Shown here: piece after piece, positions 58,383-64,000 of the stretch
Layout: the number at the start of each line of letters is the position of its first letter
How positions within the stretch are numbered: position 1 is the stretch's first letter
DNA from: Candidatus Sulfomarinibacteraceae bacterium
GTDB taxonomy: Bacteria > Acidobacteriota > Thermoanaerobaculia > Thermoanaerobaculales > Sulfomarinibacteraceae
Reading direction: 5' to 3'
Length of the DNA stretch: 64,000 nt
Assembly: GCA_963796455.1 (NCBI GenBank)
Contig: CAWCLO010000010.1
Location: 64,001 to 128,000, forward strand
Notes under the pieces: model-generated
What the model saw: the letters and a program-made list of their open reading frames with translations, nothing else
What the model was told of the DNA's origin: nothing
The model's database searches: none
Position numbers and translations under genes: made by a program

Positions 58383-60419
58383 TCAGCTAAACCTTAAGAA
58401 GAGCCTGCCCAGGAGGCCGCCGATCTCGCGCATCCACCACAGTGGATGGTCGACGGCCCCAGGTTCAGCCCGCCAGTAATTGTCTGCTCGCTTGGTTTCA
58501 AGGGCCCACACACCGTCCGGATCCACCACCACCTGCAGCAATCGTTGCGGGCTTTCGAGCTGAAGACTCGCCCAACGATCCGCACCATCCCAAACCCTTC
58601 GTTCGGTCGATCCGTCGGCCCAGGTCAGTTCGAAAACCACCGGGCCGACAAAGTCGCCGCGGCGAACAAATCGCAGATCGATGGACCAATCGTCACCGTC
58701 GTCCCCGTCTCCGGTGGCCACATCCCAGGCCGATCCGTTCCAGTAGAATCCATCCACCAAAGGGGATCGGAAATGATCGACCGACATCACACCCCAATCC
58801 GGGGTGGAATCGGCAAAGACCGCCTGATCGAAGAACCAGCTCAGATCCTGACCGGCCGCCTCGCTCAGGACCGCTTGCAGATCCCGTCCCGTCGGGTGCT
58901 GAAAACGAAAGGTCGAAAAATAGTCTCGCATTCCGCGGGCCATCGCCTGCGGCCCGATCAGACCCTCGATCGTGCGCATCGCCACCGCCATCTTGCCGTA
59001 AGAAGCCAGGAAGTAGACCCACCGGTTTCGGTAGGACCACGACGAGCGGGCAATCGTGACGGGGATGTCGGGGATGGCCGGCGCGACCCGCATGGACGCC
59101 CAGACCGAATGAGGTCTGATCTCAGGCGCCAACCCATCATTCATGATGTCGCGGATGCACGAATTCTCGGCATAGGTCGTGACGCCCTCGTCCAACCAGC
59201 CCCGTTCGAATTCATTGGACGCCACCATCCCCTGGAAATACTGGTGGCCGAATTCGTGAGCGGTGACGCTTTCGATGTCAGGCGACCAGGAATAGGGTGG
59301 AAAGGCATCCAAACGATCGGCCCCGGTGGTGATAAAGGTCGGGTACTCCATGCCGCCCGCCTCTTCGGCGCCGTCGGGCGGCGACACGATGGTCAGCTGC
59401 GGATAGGGAAACGGTCCATAGTGGAGACCGAACCACGCCACCGAGAGCCTGGCCGCCCGAACCATTCTCGGCACCAATGCGCTCTGCGAACGCGGCACCA
59501 GGAAGCGCAGCCGCAGGGGCCGCAATTCGAGATCCGCGGAACTGACACCGAGCAACCTGCGAGCCCGTTCCAACCACACCATCGGCACATCCCGGCTCGG
59601 TTCGAAGTCCGTGACGAAGACCTCCATCAGATCGGGTGGTGCGGTGGACCACGCAAAGTCATGGACTCGATCAGCGCGGTAGCTGACAGTCCGGCTGCCA
59701 TCGCCCGCGACTCTGTTGCCGACCTCGATTCCGGTCGCACCGACGACCCAGTCCTCCGGGATGGTCATCTCCACCCTGTAGCTTCCGAAGTCGGCAAAAA
59801 ACTCCGACGAGGCGTGAAACTGGTGACAGTTCCAACCGGCTTCACCCTCGAAGACGGCGAGCTTGGGAAACCATTGCCCAACCAGATGGAACTCTCCGAC
59901 GAACCCGGTGCGGGCGATGATCCACGGCAGTTGCGCCTCGAACTCGATTTCCAGTTCAACCACCCCACCCGCACGAACGGCTTCGGGAAGCTGCACCCTC
60001 GCGACGGAGAAATCATCCGGATTGTCGTCATCCGGCCGCACGAACTCGAGGCCGGCGAGCAGATCAGTACCATCGGCGAGCCGGAGCGTGTCGATACGGG
60101 TCCAACCCCAACCATCTCCTCCCTGGCTGCGACCTCTCAAGGACCGCCAACCGAGTTCGCGCATGAAAGTGGTCCGCGAGCCCGCAAAAGCATTGAGATA
60201 GAGGTGGAAATAGAGTTCATCCGTCGCGACTCCGGAGGTATTGGTCCAGCGGATCCGCTCCACCCCGAGGATGCGGTGATTGACTTCATCGAGCACGACC
60301 TCGATGTCGTAGTTGGCTACTTCGAGTTCCACCGCCCGCATCGGGGCCGAAGTCGCAAGGATCGTGAGCAAGGCGACGATCGATGCAACGCGAAGCCGGT
60401 TGATCCGTAGAACCATCAT
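58383..60419 (-). CDS. Secreted M1 family metallopeptidase
   Basis: Signal peptide, LYFHLYLNAF, GGMEYP, HEFGHQYF (HExxH), WLDEG. Confidence 0.9.
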   Translation of the reverse strand: MMVLRINRLRVASIVALLTILATSAPMRAVELEVANYDIEVVLDEVNHRILGVERIRWTNTSGVATDELYFHLYLNAFAGSRTTFMRELGWRSLRGRSQGGDGWGWTRIDTLRLADGTDLLAGLEFVRPDDDNPDDFSVARVQLPEAVRAGGVVELEIEFEAQLPWIIARTGFVGEFHLVGQWFPKLAVFEGEAGWNCHQFHASSEFFADFGSYRVEMTIPEDWVVGATGIEVGNRVAGDGSRTVSYRADRVHDFAWSTAPPDLMEVFVTDFEPSRDVPMVWLERARRLLGVSSADLELRPLRLRFLVPRSQSALVPRMVRAARLSVAWFGLHYGPFPYPQLTIVSPPDGAEEAGGMEYPTFITTGADRLDAFPPYSWSPDIESVTAHEFGHQYFQGMVASNEFERGWLDEGVTTYAENSCIRDIMNDGLAPEIRPHSVWASMRVAPAIPDIPVTIARSSWSYRNRWVYFLASYGKMAVAMRTIEGLIGPQAMARGMRDYFSTFRFQHPTGRDLQAVLSEAAGQDLSWFFDQAVFADSTPDWGVMSVDHFRSPLVDGFYWNGSAWDVATGDGDDGDDWSIDLRFVRRGDFVGPVVFELTWADGSTERRVWDGADRWASLQLESPQRLLQVVVDPDGVWALETKRADNYWRAEPGAVDHPLWWMREIGGLLGRLFLRFS

Positions 60420-60489
60420 GAAAGTGTACCGGAATGGCGAAAGCTGGCATTTCTGGAGCAGAGCGTTTACATTGAGATCCGGACGGATC

Positions 60490-60921
60490 ATGCGACGACT
60501 TCTCATCCTCCTGTTGGTGTTGTCGGCCTCTATGGCGGCCGTCGCTGCAGATATCGACTTCCGGATCGGTATCGAGGATCTCTCCCTCGCCCCTCGGCCC
60601 GATGCACGCACCGAGGCGCGGCTGGCGCAGTGGAATGACCCCATGGGGCGGTTGATGTACCAATTCAATGCGCAGCAGTCGTGGCTGATGCGCGGCGGGA
60701 TGCCCGGCACCGATCGCGCAACGGGAGCGGTGGTCCGAGTCAAGGCCCAGAGTGGGGTCCCCATCCACCTCGTGGCGGCAAACGTCCAGGCCGGGATCGA
60801 CATCTCCAGCGATGAGATCGAGGTCATCGACTGGCCCTGGAAAGAGGAAGAGAGCCCGGCCGTGATGTCCTTGGAGAAGCAACTCTCGGTCCTCCTCGGT
60901 CAGCGGCTCAAGGCCGACTGA
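60490..60921 (+). CDS. Hypothetical exported protein
   Basis: Signal peptide MRRLLILLLVLSASMAAVAA. No family recognised. Confidence 0.65.
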   Translation: MRRLLILLLVLSASMAAVAADIDFRIGIEDLSLAPRPDARTEARLAQWNDPMGRLMYQFNAQQSWLMRGGMPGTDRATGAVVRVKAQSGVPIHLVAANVQAGIDISSDEIEVIDWPWKEEESPAVMSLEKQLSVLLGQRLKAD

Positions 60922-61151
60922 GCCCCCCGCCTAGCAACTGAGGAGCCGCAGATCACGCAGGTGAACACAGATTCAGGACACGGAAACTCTGTGTTTTTTT
61001 GATCTCAGACGAGTTTGCACGAATGGGTCGTCCCGAACAATGAGTCCTGTATCAGAGCAGTCGGACGGGCAAGCCACGGCGCGGCCTGAATGGCGAAGCC
61101 AACGCGTGAAAATTCGAAATCCGAAACCCGAAATTGCCCCATGGAATCGTT

Positions 61152-61424
61152 CTAGAGGCCTTCCTTGAGGTTTTTCGAGACTTTGAAGCGGACGCTCTTC
61201 GATGCGGCGATGGTGATGGTCTCACCGGTGGCTGGATTGCGGCCCGTACGGGCCGGTCGTTCCGAAACCTGAAAGGTCCCAAAGTTCGGCACCGTGACCT
61301 TGTCATTCGCTGCCAGCGCTTCTTCTATGATCTCGAAGAGAAGGTCGTAGGTCATCGCGACCTGTGTCTTCGGGTATCCGGTGAGTTCGGCCACTCGGTC
61401 CACGAGATCAGCCTTGCCTGCCAT
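61152..61424 (-). CDS. hup: HU family DNA-binding protein
   Basis: KADLVDRVA, NFGTFQV, ARTGRNPATGE, VRFKVSKNLKE. Confidence 0.95.
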   Translation of the reverse strand: MAGKADLVDRVAELTGYPKTQVAMTYDLLFEIIEEALAANDKVTVPNFGTFQVSERPARTGRNPATGETITIAASKSVRFKVSKNLKEGL

Positions 61425-61666
61425 GTTGCCTCCCAGGAGCTCGCTCGCCCGGACTATACACGAGGTTCCTGCCCGGATTCGCGAACGGCCTTCAATCGAC
61501 CCTATCGCCGACGACGAAGGGGGTCAAGACTCTCACGAGGCCAGGAATAGGAATCCACCGGACACCGTTGTCCCGGGTACCGGCACAAGCCGTGGATCAC
61601 AAACCGCTTCGGTCCCGTTGCGCAACTGATTCCACAGCCGCCACCGCTGCAAATGAAGGAGACGAT

Positions 61667-62122
61667 ATGCTGAACATCGGAGACCCCTTTGTCGAATTCG
61701 AGCTACCGGCTCACGACGGATCCACCGTCAACAGTGCCGATCTTGCCGACCGGCCTTTTCTATTGTTCTTTTATCCCAAGGCCGACACCCCCGGTTGAAC
61801 GATCCAAGCAAAACAGCTGCGTGACAGCTGGGATGATCTCGAGAAACTGGGAGTCGCAGTCTTCGGCGTATCCTACGACACACCTGAAAGAAACCGGGCA
61901 TTCGCTGCAAAAAACAACCTGCCCTTCCCGCTGCTGTCGGATCAGAACCACGATCTGGCAAAGGCGGTCGGCGCGGCTCGCACGTTGATTCCTCTACCAA
62001 AACGCATCTCCTACCTCGTGGGCGCCGACGGCAAGGTCCTCAAGAGCTATCCGAAGGTCGATCCGAAGAAACACGCCTCAGAGGTCCTGGCTGACTTTCT
62101 GGCGACAATAGCTGCCCAGTAG
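61667..62122 (+). CDS. bcp: Selenocysteine-containing peroxiredoxin (BCP/PrxQ)
   Basis: FFYPKADTPG-TGA(61796)-TIQA continues in frame through VFGVSYD, LPFPLLSD and RISYLVG to TAG at 62122. The TGA sits at the peroxidatic Cys position. Confidence 0.92.
61814..61830 (+). promoter_or_regulatory. Candidate bacterial SECIS hairpin
   Basis: CAGCTG-CGTGA-CAGCTG starts 15 nt after the UGA, with G at loop position 2. Confidence 0.65.
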
Positions 62123-62216
62123 TCGCCCGGAGGATCGGGAACGGGAGCTGGGGAGAAAGGGAGAAAGGGAATCTTCCACCGAAGGATTGGCGAGCTCCCT
62201 TTCTCCCTTTCAAACG

Positions 62217-62242
62217 AAAAAACGGGGCCCGAAGGCCCCGTT
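62217..62242 (-). terminator. Rho-independent terminator of mscL-mscS
   Basis: Minus strand AACGGGGCC-TTCG-GGCCCCGTTTTTT. Confidence 0.85.
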
Positions 62243-62265
62243 GATTCTGCGCTGTTGCGGGGGTG

Positions 62266-63084
62266 CTAGCTCGCCACTTCGTGGAGATGCACGTCCCGCT
62301 GCGGATAAGGGATCGAGCAACCGGCCGCCTCGAGACCTTCTTTGAGCTGACGGTTGAGATCGAATTTGAGGTTCCAGTAATCCTGGGCCATGCACCACGG
62401 CCGGACAACGATATCGACCGAGGAATCACCGAGATTCGAGACCGCGATCACGACCTCGGGATCGGCCAGCACCCGGTCATCGGCCGCCACGATTCCCTGG
62501 ATCGTGTCGATCGCGGTGCCGACGTTGTCGTCATAGGAGATGCCCATGACCATATCGAGACGCCGGTTCTCGTAGCCGTTGTAGTTGCTGATCGTCGCCC
62601 CGTAAACCTGGGAATTCGGTACCGTGATCTTGATGTTGTCTGGCGATCTGAGCGTGGTGCTGAAGATTCCGATCTCCATGACCACCCCCTTGGTACCGCC
62701 CGCCTCGACATAGTCGCCGAGATCAAAGGGGCGAAAGACCAGAAGCATCACTCCTGAGGCGAAATTGGAGAGAGTGCCCTGCAGTGCCAGACCGACCGCG
62801 AGACCGGCCGCACCGAAGATAGCGACCACCGAGGTGGTGGCAACTCCGAGGCGGTTGAGGGCGGCGATCAATACCACGGCCAGAACCCCGTAATAGACGA
62901 GCTTGGCGACAAAGGGCACCAGAGTGGGATCGATTTCGCCACGCTCGAGACCCTTTCGGGTCAGGCGGCGCGCCCAACCGGCGACCATCCGGCCGACGAC
63001 GAGGATGATGATCGCTGCGACCACCGGCTTGTAATTGTTGGACACAAAGGACCAGGTCGAATCGAGTAGCTGTTGAATCTCCAT
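62266..63084 (-). CDS. mscS: Small-conductance mechanosensitive channel
   Basis: GAAGLAVGLALQGTLSNFASG, RPFDLGD, VPNSQV, IPYPQRDVH. Confidence 0.94.
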   Translation of the reverse strand: MEIQQLLDSTWSFVSNNYKPVVAAIIILVVGRMVAGWARRLTRKGLERGEIDPTLVPFVAKLVYYGVLAVVLIAALNRLGVATTSVVAIFGAAGLAVGLALQGTLSNFASGVMLLVFRPFDLGDYVEAGGTKGVVMEIGIFSTTLRSPDNIKITVPNSQVYGATISNYNGYENRRLDMVMGISYDDNVGTAIDTIQGIVAADDRVLADPEVVIAVSNLGDSSVDIVVRPWCMAQDYWNLKFDLNRQLKEGLEAAGCSIPYPQRDVHLHEVAS

Positions 63085-63106
63085 AATCTCTTCTTTTCAG
63101 GCCCGA

Positions 63107-63562
63107 TCAGCCCGCCGCGAGCTCCGATGTACAGTTCGGGCACCGAGTGGCCTTGATGGCAATCTCGGTGCAACAGAAGTCGCAGTCCTTGGTCGTGGGC
63201 TCGGCCGGCGCTTCCTCTTCCTTCTTCTTCAAATTGTTGATCGCCTTGATGACCAGAAAGACCGCAAAGGCGACGATCAGAAAGCTGATCACGGTGTTGA
63301 CGAAGAGACCCCAGTTGATGGTGACCGCGCCGGCAGCCTGGGCATCGGCGAGGGCCGCATAGGGACCTGCGGGATCGCCCATCTTGACCACCGCGAAGAG
63401 ATTCGAAAAATCGACCCCGCCCATCAGCATCCCGATCGGCGGCATCAGCATATCGCTGACAAAGCTTTTGACGATGGTGCCGAATGCGGCACCGATGACG
63501 ATGCCGACCGCCATGTCGACCACATTTCCGCGCATTGCAAATTCTTTGAATTCCTTGAGCAT
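63107..63562 (-). CDS. mscL: Large-conductance mechanosensitive channel with Cys-rich tail
   Basis: [40 protein letters not shown]. Confidence 0.96.
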   Translation of the reverse strand: MLKEFKEFAMRGNVVDMAVGIVIGAAFGTIVKSFVSDMLMPPIGMLMGGVDFSNLFAVVKMGDPAGPYAALADAQAAGAVTINWGLFVNTVISFLIVAFAVFLVIKAINNLKKKEEEAPAEPTTKDCDFCCTEIAIKATRCPNCTSELAAG

Positions 63563-63645
63563 TCCATCCCCCTTCGATCGACTCTTCAAGAGTCGACCAT
63601 CTTGTTCCCCGTTAATTAAACAGCGTGCTTCGTCGCACGCGGACC

Positions 63646-64000
63646 TCAGAAGTTGAAGACCACCGATGCGGTCGAGGTCGTGTCCGTGCTCTTGGCATCA
63701 CCGATCGGCTCGTTGCGATAACGCACGTCGAAACCAAAACGGAGGGCCAACCACGAGTTGACCGCCGCTTCGATGGCGGTCATCGATGACAGCCGCCAAT
63801 CCGATGTTGTATCGAAATTCGGGAGGAAGACGAGGCGTTCGGTGAGCTTCGCACTCTCGCTGATCTTCCATTCCCAACCGAGGCCAAAGAGACCACCGAT
63901 GAAGTTCATGTCTTCCGCCGGCGGGATACGATCTTCCCAGGTATAGGCAAGACCCATGTCAAAGGTCAGAAGGTGGCGATCACTCTGCACCGCGAGGTAG
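63646..64000 (-). CDS. DUF481-like outer-membrane beta-barrel protein (5' end outside window)
   Basis: Amphipathic beta strands ending [15 protein letters not shown]. Confidence 0.7.
   Translation of the reverse strand, partial: YLAVQSDRHLLTFDMGLAYTWEDRIPPAEDMNFIGGLFGLGWEWKISESAKLTERLVFLPNFDTTSDWRLSSMTAIEAAVNSWLALRFGFDVRYRNEPIGDAKSTDTTSTASVVFNF

Noticed and set aside
24088..62210. CRISPR array from the short repeats
   Set aside because: Units are 6-8 bp tandem tracts or isolated palindromes, with no regular repeat-spacer pattern and no cas genes.

Overview
High-GC bacterial chromosomal window from a diderm. Gene content suggests Acidobacteriota, but this is inference only. Bases 1-15.2 kb hold a minus-strand dcw cluster (mraZ-rsmH-ftsL-ftsI-murE-murF-mraY-murD-ftsW-murG-murC-ftsQ-ftsA-ftsZ, with ftsZ cut by the window edge). 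It is followed by nadK, tamB, a BamA/TamA-family gene, a Ca/Na antiporter and uvrB. An accessory block at 28.4-46.1 kb encodes a winged-helix/FHA regulator, three paralogous Ser/Thr kinase-STAND NTPase-TM-beta-propeller proteins (conserved ends, divergent propeller) and a TonB-dependent receptor. Further on are a PIN remnant, a frameshifted AAA ATPase, an eRF1-like protein, a selenium cluster (yedF, desulfurase, DUF3343-selD with a frameshift), a TrmH methylase, an aminotransferase, pckA, an M1 peptidase, HU, a UGA/selenocysteine peroxiredoxin missed by the ORF track, mscS and mscL. The most notable items are: (1) two inverted ~730-bp copies of a transposase-free four-helix-bundle cassette with a near-identical 140-nt hairpin leader and mutually complementary flanking repeat tracts; (2) the kinase-STAND-propeller/FHA/TonB-receptor locus; (3) tandem NrdR-like boxes between mraZ and nadK with no nrd gene nearby.
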